DNA from: Eledone cirrhosa
Taxonomy: Eukaryota
Reading direction: 5' to 3'
NCBI GenBank assembly: GCA_964016885.1
Contig: OZ024741.1
Span: 226,362,001-226,426,000 of the forward strand
DNA length: 64,000 bases
Made by a program: the position numbers and the translations under genes. Shown one piece after another: positions 1 through 15,305 of the stretch; position 1 is the stretch's first letter, and every line of letters begins with the position of its first letter. Under the pieces are notes generated by a model that had not been told where the DNA came from, did no database searches, and was given only the letters and a program-made list of their open reading frames with translations.

Positions 1-1450
1 TACCTATTAATCACTCTCACCACACCCTCTCTACTTCCATCTGCATTAAACCAACAGACTCCCAATCTTACCTCGACTTCACCTCCTCCCATCCAACCCA
101 CGCCAAACACTCCATAGCCTATTCCCAATTCCTCCCTCCTCGTCGACTCTGTAGCCAGGACGACGATTTCGAAACCGATTCCCTTCGCATGGCTTCGTGC
201 TTCATCCAGCGTCGATATCCCCCACCCCCACCTTGATCCAAGCTGCTCTCACCCGCGCCCGTGAAACAGACCACACCAACGCCCTCTCACCTCACCCCCG
301 CCCTTCCAACACCCGTGTTCCTTTCCCTCTCATCTACCACCCCAGCACCCTACCACTCCGGTGAGATATCCTCCATTCCATCCGTATCCTCTCTTCTGAC
401 CGAGTCACTTCTCGCTTTTTTCCAAACACACCCATTACTGCTTTTAAGCGCGCCCGAAACCTCCGCGACCTCCTGGTTCGTAGTTCTTGTTCGTCCTCTC
501 CCACGACTCCACCCGGCTCTCATCCTTTTTCCCGTTCCCGATGCAACACTTGTCCCTTTATTTCCACCCTCACCACTCTTACAGGCACTAACGGGTCTTT
601 CCGTATCCGTCATTCCTTCACCTGCACATCCACCCACGTTGTCTATGCCCTTCGTTGTTCCCTTTGCGGGTCTTTATATATCGGACAAACGGGACGCCGT
701 ATGGCGGACATTTGAGGGACATTCGACTCGGTTTAGATACTGCTGTCGCCCATCATTTCTGTTCTCCTGGTCATTCTTCCCTACATGTTTCAGTCCTGGG
801 TGTCCTTTTACATCATGGATCACACGTCTCGCGCACCAGGAGTGAACAAAGTCTGATTCAACATCTTGTGTCCTATTCCCCTCTTGGACTCAACTCACCT
901 CCCCAATTTCTCTAATACCCCGTCTATTATCACACCCCTAGATTCCTATCGCTTTCTCTTTGCTCATAGCTTCATACTTACATGCACACACACTCTTTTA
1001 CTCACATATACACACATATCTCTTCTTAGCTTCGTACGGACCTATAATAACACACAACACACACACACACACACACACACGCGCGCGCGCACACATACTC
1101 ATGCTTACACACGTGCTCAAGTATAGCTCTTTTTAAAAGACTGTTTTTTTTCCATTTCACGTAGACGCGCGCCATCATCCACTTTTCTAAAAATCAAATC
1201 ATACACAAAACGCCAGCACCAACAGTTTTGGAAGAGATGTCAACATGAATGGACCTATTATTTTTATCTAAAGACATTTTTTCCAATTCCATCCCGCCCG
1301 TGCCCTTAATCTATTTTATTTCTCATTCTTTCTTCTGATGAAGGACTAGCTTCCGAAACGTTAAGACCCCCTTCCTGCTATATCAAGCGTTAACATAATA
1401 TATCCCTTCCATATACTGAACCGACTGTGTTATTATTTCTGTTTACCTTT

Positions 1451-1452
<2 letters not shown>
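1..1452 (+). mobile_element. Penelope-like retroelement, decayed 3' part (RT thumb, GIY-YIG endonuclease, 3' pseudo-LTR), Neptune/Poseidon-like
   Basis: Frameshifted translation SIPYSQF..RRLCSQDDDF..M..F, LYIGQTGRR, VAHHF.SPGH, EQ.LI..L..PLGLN. HHR at 1331-1366. Ends in (TA)n. Confidence 0.85.
1331..1366 (+). ncRNA. Minimal type-I hammerhead ribozyme in PLE pseudo-LTR
   Basis: tctt-CTGATGA-a-gga(ctagct)tcc-GAAA-cg-TT-aaga: stem I tctt/aaga, stem II gga/tcc, palindromic stem III aacgtt. Confidence 0.8.
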
Positions 1453-1522
<70 letters not shown>

Positions 1523-1523
1523 G

Positions 1524-1593
1524 CCTCGTCTGACGAACGAATGAAGACGCTTCTTTCGTATTCGCCTCATTCGGGAAACTTCTGGTAATGAGG
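1524..1593 (+). ncRNA. Type-I hammerhead ribozyme
   Basis: cctcgt-CTGACGA-a-cgaatga..tcattcg-g-GAAA-ct(tct)g-GTA-atgagg: stem I 6 bp, stem II 7 bp, GUA cleavage triplet. Confidence 0.8.
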
Positions 1594-1694
1594 TAATTAT
1601 ATTGTATTGATTTTTATACATTAAATTTTGCTCTGATACTTACATAGAGCACTCTTCACTTCTATGACCTTTTCTGTTTTCAACGGAAATTTCA

Positions 1695-1736
<42 letters not shown>

Positions 1737-1766
1737 GGAGTGCAACGTCATCATTACCCCAGCAGA

Positions 1767-1852
1767 GGTCCGACGAGCTTTTTTATTCAAGAATTGGGTC
1801 AGATTGATACAGATCGAACCTTGAGCTAATCAATAGCGAAACGCGCGTCACC
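1767..1852 (+). ncRNA. Hammerhead ribozyme-like motif (U4C core variant)
   Basis: ggt-CCGACGA-gct...agc-GAAA-cgcgc-GTC-acc: palindromic stem III acgcgcgt, long stem II insert (ttcaag/cttgag). Confidence 0.65.
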
Positions 1853-2154
1853 AATCAATAAACGCAATGAAGACATAACAAATCGTCCTTGTATTATTGT
1901 ATATATGTTGATGGTAGTGGTTATGTTATTGGTGGGGATCGGTTGTTGTTGCTGTTGTTGTTGGTGGTGGTGTTGGTGGCGACTCAATCTTTCATTTATC
2001 AGCAAAAATTATACAGCCATATTATCTAACGTGTCCTGCGATTTTTTTTTTCTTTGTTACTAAGACGAAAAGGAAGATGAGGCTGCTATTTCTAGAACAT
2101 CTACCTGCGACGTAGAAGCACTCTCGTTATCTTGGTGGTGAGAAAGTTCATAAT

Positions 2155-2340
2155 TGTTTCTACTTTAGGCACAAGGCCAGCAATTACCCAGTGCATTACT
2201 GGTACTTTATTTTATCGACCCCGTAAGGATGAAAGGCAAAGTCAACCTCGGCGGGATTTGAACTCAGATCGTAAAGGGACGTAACTATACTGGAAAGCAT
2301 GGCGTCCGACTCTCTACCGATACTGCCAATCCACCGCCAT
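2155..2340 (-). mobile_element. tRNA-derived SINE with target-site duplication
   Basis: Reverse complement has A-box-like TGGCAGTATCGG, B-box GAGTTCAAATCC and core GACTTTGCCTTTCATCCTTACGGGGTCGATAAA. Flanked by agaaagtt(c/g)ataat at 2141-2154 and 2344-2357. Confidence 0.9.
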
Positions 2341-2766
2341 ATCAGAAAGTTGATAATGATAGTTTGTTCGGTTAGTGTGTGGTGCAGAGAAAGATGGTGG
2401 CGGTAGATTGATGGAGAAGCAATGGAACAACAAAGGATCTAGTAGCGCCCTCTCTCCGTTGGGATTTATTTAAAAAGGAAATCAAGTATTACTAGTGTTG
2501 GGAGAGTCAGATGAGCGATATAGTCGTTCCAAACAGATGGTAAGAACAGTCTCTCTACTAATGGCTGGCAGTGAGCATTTCTTACGTCATTGTTAGCACT
2601 CACATCTCTTCGCCTTTTCTTTCTTTCCATTTCCTCCTGTGTCCCTCCCTCCATACCAATCACACATACAAACAGATGTAATATATATATATAGAGATAC
2701 ATATATAGATAGATAGATAAATAGATAGAGAGATAGAGAGATATATATAAACATATATATATACAT

Positions 2767-2802
<36 letters not shown>

Positions 2803-4451
2803 TTGTTAGCCACAATATATATAATATATAATATATATATATGCTAGGCTCACTTACATGTAAATATCCATTAACAAATGTATATACATGCATACGCACA
2901 CCTAAATGTATGTTTGTGAGTTAGTGCACATGTTTATTTATATGTACAGGTTTACAATATTTTTCATGTCATCCAATTGGGATTTTGGTTGATTGTTCAT
3001 ACGGGCGCCTTGAGAAGAAACAACTAATAGTTTTTTATGATTGTGTTTTCACGTAATCACAGTATGTATGTATGTATGTTCTGGTTTTATAATGTTATAA
3101 ATGTTTACCAATAGAGAGAGAGAGTCGGTTTTTAACATAGACACAAGACTCATTGGAATTTTGACAACATCACCTTGGTAGATGTGTTGGCGTGTCTGCA
3201 TGCGTGCGTGTGTGTGTGTGTGCAGGTATGGATGTTATTGTATGTATGGATGCGTATGTTCTGAGTCATATGTCTGTATGTCCTGCAGGGTGTCGAAAAT
3301 CACCCTCCTCACCAAGTAAACTTGGTGGGGATGCAGGTTGTACTGGGTTACATGTTACTCGACATAAGAGTCAACGGCCATCCGAAAGTGTACCGCGCGG
3401 TTAAACCACTGGGAGTGAAGGACCCCTAGCCTTTCTCGGAGCATTCTTGTAGGAGACGGCAACTCAGGAAACTGGGATAACTCCAATATAAAACCTGCGG
3501 CTCAGTAGTTACCGATGATGTTGATTTTTTCTTCTTTTTAGGTTATAGCTACTGTCGCTCAGAGAGTGGGATTGGCTCAGTGCACAGTCTTTCCTCACTT
3601 TAAAAATATCTTCACGCACAGGCATTGCACGATAGAATTAATTAATAATTATTAATAATGGTGTATCGTGCAATGGCCATACTCGATAACGAGAAGGCAG
3701 CCATCATGCATGTATGTATTTATGTATGCATGTATGTACCCGTAACTCCTGATGGAATCGTTGAGGTGCCGTAGTGACATACGACGTGTCTTACGCATAT
3801 TAAACCTAGCAGAGCCCATCTTTCTCCAGATCTCAACACAGCCGATATCTTCCAGAGGAGAGGAAATGAGAAAGAGATATAGAGGAAGAATCAACCCCAA
3901 TGGGTCCTTTATTATTCGCCTTTTGGGGATTTGAACTCAGAGCTCAGAAGCCTGGCACTAACATCCGACGTTCTGACGACTCTGCCATTCGCAGTATTTT
4001 AATGAATTCGTAATTGGTCGAGTCTTATCTCAAACTTTCCATGTTATTATCAAGTATTTCTTTATTTCTTGGTTTCCAACTATATTTCGAAAGTCAAGAG
4101 ATGTTTTCCGTGTGTCAATGGCGGGATTAACTTCTACAGTTGTATTTGACTTTTAATGAGTGTTTGTTCGTTTAGATGATTTATTCATTAATTACATGTG
4201 TATACTCGTGTATCCCAGTGGTTACTGTAGTTAGGGAATCAATTATATTATTTTTTATACCCATCAAGTACTGTGATCGATGTAATCGACTTTCCTTTTC
4301 TCTTAAAGTTTTTGGCCAGCATTAGAAACCATTATTTCTTTTCTTTTTTGTGATTGTCAAGTACATAACTTGCGCATGCATATATATTGTAGTGACCACT
4401 GTTGTTTTTGTTGTTGTTTAATCCCGGGTCAACTCTGATTGATCAGTATTA

Positions 4452-4635
4452 TTGGATTGGCAGTATCGGTAGAGGGTCGGACGTCATGCTTTCCAGCATA
4501 GTTACGTCCCTTTACGATCTGAGTTCAAATCCAGCCGAGGTTGACTTTGCCTTTCATCCTTACGGGGTCGATAAAATAAAGTACCAGTAATGCACTGGGT
4601 AATTGCTGGCCTTGTGCCTAAAGTAGAAACAATTA
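4452..4635 (+). mobile_element. tRNA-derived SINE (same family)
   Basis: Near-identical to the reverse complement of 2155-2340. Confidence 0.9.
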
Positions 4636-5754
4636 TAATCAAAGGCAATCGTCTCGTGTCTAACCGTCTGTGTGATAAGTTGTTGTTTCTTTCTTTCAAG
4701 TATATTATATGTCGACTACATTATCTAGTTCATCAGTATATGTTTGGGCGTGACAAAGTGCTTTAATTGATATTTGATCCTTATTACTACTAGTTTAGTT
4801 GTATACAGGTATGATCTAATAAGAACTAGTCTTGCATTATGCCTGTCCCTCGACTCCTGAAAGAATTGTTGGGCGCTAACATGCCAACTAATACCGCAAT
4901 ATACTCTACCTGATCTAACAACTATCAATTTACCGGCTAAGAAAGCTTCAAGGCCATACACAGTAGTTAGTGTTATTGTGAGGTACACACAGGTTACTTA
5001 TTAGAGAGCTGCCAATCTCTAAAAACCCAAACAGAGATTACCATAAAAAAGGTGCCCACAAACGGGGAAAAATAAGGCAAAATAGGGAGATTTGACATAG
5101 TGAAATCTATACCCATTTTCACGCGAGAAGACATGTTTCACCCATCCCAAAGTGAGTGGAAGATCTCCCTGTCGGACTGGGAGAGTTGAAGGTCTATTAT
5201 TACTTAGGTGTTAAAGACCCACAGTGGCTGCTAAGTTCATATTTTGGTGACCATAGGAGTATTAACGTTTTTTGAAGTCATGTCGTGGTTAACATTAATA
5301 TCAAAAATATTACGAGATGTTGTATACTAGTATCAAGACAAAGTGTGTGTTGTGGGCTGGAAAATTAAGCAGAACCAAAATTTCAAATACATTAGCACTG
5401 CTAAGGCTCCCAAAACAAACGACTCTACAAATGTGATCCTCTAACCTTTAAAAACTAAATATTCTGTGTCTGTCAGGCAAGAACCCTAGACCATTGTATA
5501 AGGTCTCGAAACGTTAACAAGTGCTTATTGCATTCTAAGTGAGATAGCAAAACTAGAAATGTGGAACAAAGAAAGACATAATCAAATTTGATTAAAAATT
5601 AATCACATACTCTACTCATAAAAAATACATACACACACACATACACACAGATATATGCAAAAAAAAATATATATATATATATATATTTGCATATATGTAT
5701 GTATTTTTTATGAGTAGAGTATGTGATTAGTTTATATATATATACATATACATG

Positions 5755-5818
<64 letters not shown>

Positions 5819-5860
5819 TACACACATACACACATATATGAATATATTCTCGCATACACG

Positions 5861-6010
5861 GGCATGGTACATGCATGTATATACACTCACTCAGAAACAT
5901 GGATGCTCGCATACATATTCACACACCCCGCACACATGCATTCTAACCAATGTCTCCCTAGCAATAAATCAACAAATTCAATTAGTAATTAATTAAGATT
6001 CCTAATACTA
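5861..6010 (+). repeat. ~150 bp segment duplicated at 7779-7927
   Basis: atggtacatgcatgtatatacactcactcagaaacatggatgctc...aattaattaa occurs twice with few mismatches. Confidence 0.85.
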
Positions 6011-7083
6011 ACATGCACTACACATATGCGCGCGCACGCGAATAAAAACATTCATTCCAAAGTTGTAGCCATCAAATATAATTAGCAATTAATTAACTAT
6101 CTCAATATTAATGATACGTAATATAGTGGAGACATTATCCAATATTAATTTAATGTGCACACGTATACAACTTACTGTCCACACATAATTAAATGGCGTT
6201 CTTATTGGGAGCTCGTTTACAATTCAGTCGTACATCACCCTTAATCCACCTGCTGCCTAGAAGTAGTTTACCTTCCATGGATTATCCGTTAGTCTCGACA
6301 ACAAGCATCCAAATGTACAATAAACTAAACTACCTACTCATGAAAGCAACGTTTAGTTGTTTGTGTATTTAACAAGCATGTGCACCTTTAACAGGTAGAA
6401 TCAGCGTGGTACATTATGCAACAAAGCTGCCCCATTGAAATATATGCACAATCTATCCGATGAGCTTCCACACAGTTTCACACCACTTACCTTCTCCCTC
6501 TGCGTTTTAATAACTTTCCTATGTTTTTTTTTTGTTTTTTTTTTTTGTTTTTTTTTTGTTTTTGTTTTGTTTTGTTTTTCATAATCGTCCGAAGATCAAA
6601 ATAGTAAAGCTTCGTAGTGAGATCAAACCTAAAAACTAATGATTTCGGATTGAATTTCTTAACTCCTCGGCCACGCCAGCGTTGAACCGAATTCTACCTG
6701 TAGTTCACTACGAGTCTAGCTTTGAAAGGTCTTCCCTAGTTCACTTTCACATTTACTTGTCCTTAACATCGGCCCACCTACATTTAATTACTATTTTATC
6801 TGTAATGTACACAATCTCACCCCCAAACAGCAGTTTGAAGTACGATATAAAGTAACTAAATCTTCCTCAATTTAAACCCTTATGAAAATGAAAACAACAC
6901 CGGCAATGTTATACATACAAAATGCAATCATGATAGACCCTAAAAAGAATAGTGCTATATTATACGAGACCACCCGTGACCCACCGGGTCACGTTCGCTT
7001 AAAGATAATTTTTAAAAAATCATGTTCACATAAAAATAATTTTTACCGCTCTCTCTTTCTGCCTTCCATTTTCCTTTCCTGTC

Positions 7084-7273
<190 letters not shown>

Positions 7274-7939
7274 GCCTCTATTTCAATCTACTCTCTCATA
7301 ACCACTATCTCTTTCTCTCTATTTATGAAGGTACCCGGAAAAACCCCCGTATCTTGGGAACCCGTGCTCCGATATATGCGAAACTTGTTTTATTCCATTT
7401 GTATTCCCATTTCAGAGGCAACTTCCTTTCAAAGTATTATCCTATTATGCACCGTTGTGGGTGTATTAAATTACAGAGAAACACACAATCGCAGAGTTTT
7501 AGTAGGATATAGATTTTATTGGAAGTTGAAAATTCATGAATCTTTGCTCCAGGTTTCAAACTTCTGTTGTTCGAACGATTATGAAAAATGAAATATAGGA
7601 AAGTTATTAAAACAAACACACAATGGATATGATTGAGTACTTAAACATGTATTGATTGAATAAGATGGAGACAAATGTACCTTATTAACTAATTATTGTA
7701 CACAAATGTGTAGGATATCATCCTCACTGCTTTTCTTTTTTAAGAACTTTCATTTTTCATTTATTGGTATGAATACATATGGTACATGCATGTATATACA
7801 CTCACTCAGAAACATGGATGCTCGCATACATACTCACACACCCCGCACACATGCATTCTAAACAATGTCTCCCTAGCAATAAATCAACAAATTCAATTAG
7901 TAATTAATTAATATTCATAATACTAACGAGCAGCACACG

Positions 7940-7989
<50 letters not shown>

Positions 7990-8067
7990 CATAATTTGTT
8001 GGCAATTCAACAAATATATATATTTATAACTGATTCAAAGCACTCGACAAGTTTTCTGGAGTATAAT

Positions 8068-8114
<47 letters not shown>

Positions 8115-8249
8115 GATACAGTGGGCTAGTATTTATAGATAGATGGAAAAATAACATGAACGAAACCAATAATAAGAATAAGAATAGTAATAACAATAAT
8201 AAGAACATGGAAAAAAGAAGAAACGTGGATTACCTTAAATGATATCTCG

Positions 8250-8393
<144 letters not shown>

Positions 8394-9048
8394 GAGAGAG
8401 ATGGGTAAATGGATTATGAAACTCGGTGAAGTGCTGGAAGTAATTTAGACAGGAAAACCTATGAGACCATCTTTAATCTAAATGATACCCGAGCTACATG
8501 ATTTACAGTATATGGACTTGACCCACATTTGGCCAAAATAGATTTGATCTTTGTTACGGAAGTATTTCCTGAATCTGATAGCTAGGGAGAAATGTTTACC
8601 CATACCAACAGAGTATCTAATGACATTGTATGGATCACGTGTTAAAGATTTTACATTAAATTATTACGATTTTAGAATTACTAATGTCTGTCTACATCAT
8701 GGAAATCAACTTCTGCGTGGTTGCTGAAGCTGCTATGAATAGAAACGACTCCGTCTTATCACACTACCATATTTAAAAAGAAAAACAAAGGATGCGTTGG
8801 ATTATATAGTCTGATAGAGATTATACCTGAAAATTAAAAACTAACTAAAAAAAAATAATAACGAAACATGATATGCAAGGCCGGAATATATTTTATAATA
8901 GATCAGCTCGTTTAAAGTTGAACTCGGGCTAAACAAAAATAACAGCTACAACTATTACATTGATTCGTCTTGGTCACTCCAACTGCTCGATGCAAGAAAT
9001 AGCAGCAAAATATTTCTCAAATAACACCCTTGGAACTTTTTTGGACGC

Positions 9049-9350
9049 TGCATGGCGGAATGACTAATAAGTTCGCTTTTCAATCATTCGGTCTTGGGTT
9101 CGATTGCATTGCGTGACATCTTAATTAAGTGTTTTTGACCATTATTTCCAGTCGACCCAAGCCTTGTGAGGTATTGGGTAGACGGAAATTATGTGGAAGA
9201 CTGACGGATGGACTATACCTGTAATTCAAGGGTCAGCCTTGTTACACACTGTGTCACGTTGAATTTCCCTGAGAATTACATTAAATGTACACGTGTCTGT
9301 AGAACTCTCAGTCACTTGTACGTTCATTTCACCAGTTCTGTTGCTCGAAC
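9049..9350 (+). mobile_element. Second, decayed tRNA-derived SINE family
   Basis: gcatggcggaatg (A-box-like), gggttcgatt (B-box-like), then gacccaagccttgtgag..ggtagacggaaa..tgtggaag. A related minus fragment lies near 6460-6680. Confidence 0.55.
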
Positions 9351-9856
9351 AACTGGAACATGCATCACTGAAACCGACGGCACTCCATCCCTAGGTACTT
9401 TAAAAAGAACAAATTTAAAAATGTGATTTTAAATGCTTTGATCATAAGATAGGATGGTCGTGGATGAAATGCCGTTGACCAACAGTCAGCTCGATAAGAG
9501 ATGATCTGTAGCTAAACAACAACCATCACCACCAATATACTCCCCTAGATACCACACAAAGAGATATCTACGTAGTTGCCCCCTCAAATCACATCAAAAT
9601 GCTTTAAAAATGGAGAGGACAATGGATAATAAAATTTGGAGTGACGATGGTATTGTCTAGGGTAGAGCGCATGATCGTTCAGAGATTACTTGAAGTTTAA
9701 CATACAAAAGCATATAACCAACACAACCACGTGCACTCTCTTACAATTGTTTTATCTATGAGTATATAGATATTCATAGATATAGATATTCATGCACACA
9801 TACATGCATGCAAGCACTCATGTATACATACATACATACATACATACATACATACA

Positions 9857-9890
<34 letters not shown>

Positions 9891-11487
9891 CATATACACA
9901 TATACACATGCATATATGCATAGATACATACGTACATAGAGATATACATACATATATATACACATACATACAGATCTACATAGATACAGGCATATATAAA
10001 TAAACAAATGAATAAATACATACATACATACAATTATGCATACATACATACATACATACATACATACATACATACATACATACATACATACATACATACA
10101 TACATACATACAATTATGCATATGCGCGTTTGTGTTTATTCAGTCGTTCTTAGACGGAACATTACTTCACCTCTACTCCGAGTTTCTCCGATTCTGTAAG
10201 TGTTCACCGAAAACATACATACATACAATCATACATACATAAATACATACACACATACATATATACACACATACACACATACATACATACATCCATACAT
10301 ACATACACACACACACATACATACATACATACATACATACATACATACACACACATACGTACATGCGTGCATACATACATATGTACCTACCTACATACAT
10401 ATGTACCTACATAGGTACATATAACTGTAATGGTATAAACTGTGTGTGTGTGTGTTGAGGGTGCCTATCTATTTAATGTGTATGTGTATTGATTATCTAC
10501 TTAGCTACTCGATGCAGCAGATTTATGAAGGGGAACAAAAATGAGTTTGTGTGACATTCATGCATTTGTCAAGGTCGTTGGTGGTGTGGATGAGTGAATC
10601 AAAACTGGCTTGCACTTTATCTAACCAGGAGCTCACCATTTGTTCTATGTTGTGTACTTCGTCGCACGCACAAATGCACACACACACACACACACACATA
10701 CACACACACAAGAGCATGCATACATATATACATATATACATACATACATACATAGATAGATAGATAGATAGATACATACATGGCAAAAATTTGTGAAATT
10801 ATAAAACCAGAAGAACATGCAAACATACATGCATGCATGCATATATACATACAACATACATAATACATACATACATACATACATGCATGCATGCATACAT
10901 ACATACATACATACATACATACATACATACATACATACATACATACATACATACATACATACATACATACATACATAAAATCACACATATGTGTGTAAGT
11001 ATGTATGTAAGGTTTTTGAAGGATATTTTGTGAGCGACATTGCAATTCGTTGCTCGTGTTAGACAAGCCCTTTCCCTGTTTAAAAAACATGCTTAGCTCG
11101 ACATTTGCATTACTCTTCTCCCATACTCAATTAACTTATTCAGAAGTTTATGGTTTTAAATTCTTCGGAAATTCCTCTATTTTTTATTAAAGAAACAGCG
11201 TAATAATTTCTGTACTATATTTAAACCATAAACACGACATGCTCTGTGTTTGTTTTAAATTTTTAAATAATCGTGTGTAATGGTTTTCTTAATATATCGA
11301 TATTTTATAGTGCTGTTTCGTATACAATTTAAATATAATTTCTTAATTAAGACGACTGCAGAATCTTTGTTTCAAAACTACACTACTTGCAGGGATGTAA
11401 CGTTATTTACATTTTCTTGTTAAATATCAGCGTTTAAAATTAGAAATTAACTAACATCATGCTACACACACACAGACACATACGTAC

Positions 11488-11564
<77 letters not shown>

Positions 11565-11640
11565 ACACACACATATATATATATATTTAGAAGGAACAAA
11601 GGGGGTGTGTGGTGGTTACTTGATAAATTGTATTTAGACA

Positions 11641-11765
11641 TAAAAGGAAAGCACAAACAAGGGACAGCTCGCCTCTTCAGTTGTCTGCCGGCCGTCTCGG
11701 ACATTTCAATGCATTCGAGACCTCCAGACAATTGAAGAGGGGACGTGTCCCTTGTTTGTGATTTC

Positions 11766-11770
<5 letters not shown>
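11641..11770. repeat. Short imperfect inverted repeat next to (TA)n
   Basis: aaggaaagcacaaacaagggaca..cctcttcagttgtctg / cagacaattgaagagg..tgtcccttgtttgtgatttcctt. Confidence 0.75.
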
Positions 11771-11801
<31 letters not shown>

Positions 11802-12105
11802 CCGCAATGCTTTCAACATGTTTCTATGTTTTGTGAGGGCTCAACTTAGTCTAGTGTTGGATCAACGAGGAATCTGGTGTATGTTTATCAACGTGTAGGG
11901 AAAACATTGCCAGATCGCGGTTTCTTTTTATCAGCCCGTCAGTCGACTGCACATGTGAGCCAGATGAATAGAAAGAAAATATTGAAAAATAAACCATTCT
12001 TTAAAGTAATCCACTTGATCAGAGAACTGCTCGAACGAAACTGTCATCTGGTAGATATTCTATGTTTATCTTGCACTTAAAGAAACAAACCAACATAAAC
12101 ATACG

Positions 12106-12155
<50 letters not shown>

Positions 12156-12200
12156 TACATACATGCATACAGACATGCAGGCATACATACGCACATACAT

Positions 12201-12292
<92 letters not shown>

Positions 12293-12334
12293 GTGTGTGT
12301 GTGTGAGTCTGTGTGTGTGTTGTACAGAAACAAC

Positions 12335-12470
12335 ATCTATAAGACTAGAAAGATTTCATTCATCCGAATGAAACAGTTCTATTTCTGTAGGAGTCATTTC
12401 TACAGAACATAAAGATGCGTAAGTTCAACCAACGTATTGAGTACATTCTTTAATTGTGGTCACCTCCTGA
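12335..12470 (+). mobile_element. Decayed fold-back copy of the 28.4/36.3 kb HHR element
   Basis: tttcattc-atcc-gaatgaaacagttctatttctgtag matches the 3' half of the HHR; tattgagtac..tgtggtcacctcc matches that family's tail. Confidence 0.6.
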
Positions 12471-12498
12471 TCCCCTTCGAGAATCTTGGGAAACTACC

Positions 12499-12549
<51 letters not shown>

Positions 12550-12655
12550 TGTGTGTGTTGGGGACAGCTTTTGTTTTTCGAAGATATTATATTAAAAACA
12601 TGACTGAGCTCTCGACTGATCATTTTTATTAAAGATTTTCCGTGTGTATGTATGT

Positions 12656-12755
<100 letters not shown>

Positions 12756-12789
12756 ACCTTATCTATCTATATACCTACATATCTCTCTA

Positions 12790-12846
<57 letters not shown>

Positions 12847-12980
12847 ATACCTTATCTATGTATACCTTATCTATCTATATACCTACATATCTCTCTATCT
12901 CTCTCTCTCTATATATATATGTATACCTTATCTATGTATACCTTATCTATGTATACCTTATCTATCTATATACCTACATA

Positions 12981-13075
<95 letters not shown>

Positions 13076-13335
13076 ATGATGACGATGATGATGATAATAT
13101 TGATGTTAAACGTTAAGGCCACTCAAGACATATCTAGGTACTGTTTGGAATGACATTGGCGAAGAATATCTTATTTCAGCTGAAGTGTCATTTATCACTA
13201 TAGTTGATCAAGAGCTGTCTTCTAAATATCTGTTTATATCTTGCGTCATAGTGCGAAATAAATGAGTGTCTATGGGGGTGCGCGTGTGTGTGTCTGTATT
13301 CTTGTGTTTCTGTTTGTACAAGTACAACTACACTC

Positions 13336-13387
<52 letters not shown>

Positions 13388-13554
13388 AGACCAAGGAGAC
13401 CACTACTCATGGAAGAACTCAATGCATGGGGAGATGCAACATACGCTCACACAAACACACACACACACACACACACACATATATTTATATATACACATGT
13501 ATAAGAGTGCATGTATGTATTGTATGTATGTGTTTGTATATGTATGTATATATG

Positions 13555-13588
<34 letters not shown>

Positions 13589-13917
13589 TTTATGTATGTA
13601 CCTGTGTAAGTATGTATATATATATATATATATATATGCGAGTGTGTGTGTGTGTGTGTGTATGTATATTGGTAGGTAGGTCGGTACACTTACATGCATT
13701 TATTAATAGCTTTGTATTAAGAAAAGTCTACCCAACTACAGATACATTATATTTATACAAGAGTTTGAGAAGACGGTAGTAATATCTAAGAGACTTTCAA
13801 GAACTCACAATACACGTTTTTATGTGTGTCTGTGTGCGTTTGTGTGTGTGTGTGTATGTGTGTTTGCTCGTGTACATTTGGGTACATGTATTTGTTTATG
13901 TATATGATGCGTATGTA

Positions 13918-13975
<58 letters not shown>

Positions 13976-14117
13976 TAAACGGAATAGAAAATGCTGACAA
14001 ATTGTTCACAGTTGAAAAATGGTTTAATTAGAAATAAAAGAGTATTAGTGATTGTATTGGTTAGTATTCAGTTGTGGTTTTAAGTTTTTAAGTTTCTTAT
14101 ATAAATATATATATATA

Positions 14118-14203
<86 letters not shown>

Positions 14204-14269
14204 GTACAGCTATCAGTGCTATCAACTGTGGCATACACTTACTTTGTTTATATAGAATTTATTTTTGAC

Positions 14270-14905
14270 TCATACAGGGATTTTCCGTTATTTGTTCCGG
14301 CTCTTTCCGTTCTGAATTTAAATACTACCATGGTCAACTTTGCTTTTCATTTTTCCAGAGACAATAAAATAAAATACCAGTCAAATACTAGGGTCAATTC
14401 AATCGACTTTCCCTTCCTCCAAAATTGTTGGCCTTGTGCCTAAATCAAAAACATTATCTTTTTGCATTAACAGAATCGTTAGCATGCCGGAGAAAATGCT
14501 GTTTCGCATTTGTTCTAGCTCTTTGCCTTCTGAGTTCAAATCCCGCTAAGGCCGATAAAAGGAGGTAACATTAAATGTGCTGGGGTCGATATAAAAAAAA
14601 AATATCCCTACCCCCAGCACAAAATATTTGGCGTTGTGTCAAAATTAGAAATATTTGCTCATTTTTGTTATTGTTGTTATTGTTGTTTTTGTTGGCTGAA
14701 TCATGTCGTTCATGTGTTGAACAAAATGCCATGTGGTATTTGTTCTGGCTCTTTGAGTGCTGAGTTCAAATCCTGTTGAGTTGAAGTCAGTCAATCATTC
14801 TTCAGAGCTTGATAAAAAAAAAATACCAGTCAAGTACTGGGTCGATTTAATCGACTTTCCCCTCATCCGATATGGCTAGCCTTGTGCCTAAATTAGAAAA
14901 TATCA
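14270..14905 (+). mobile_element. Cluster of three decayed SINE copies
   Basis: Repeated gagttcaaatcc, aactttgcttttcat, gccttgtgcctaaa blocks. Confidence 0.7.
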
Positions 14906-15126
14906 TTGTCTATATATTAGTACAAATTACTTAATACAAAGATAGGAATATTTATTATTGGGTTTTAGGTAAATTTTGCTTTATATTCCATTACTTAATG
15001 CCATACCCGAAGGGAAACTTCAGATACACCTGGCAGTTTTATACTGTATATGTGTGTCTGTACATGTATTTGAGGATGTGTTTGTGTATATATATATATA
15101 TGTGTGTGTATGTGTGTGTGTGTGTG

Positions 15127-15162
<36 letters not shown>

Positions 15163-15226
15163 AGTGTTTTTTTAGAAATATGTAAGCCATCATATATGCC
15201 CCAGTTGTGCTATTTATTTAAAACTG

Positions 15227-15305
<79 letters not shown>

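Noticed and set aside
2155-2340. tRNA gene
   Set aside because: A/B boxes belong to a multi-copy SINE head with target-site duplications; no full cloverleaf
4700-5520. Partial HHR-like pieces (minus ctgatga at ~4730; gaaacgtt with a hairpin at ~5490-5515)
   Set aside because: Half of the core is missing or mutated; cannot be supported, though decayed PLE origin is possible
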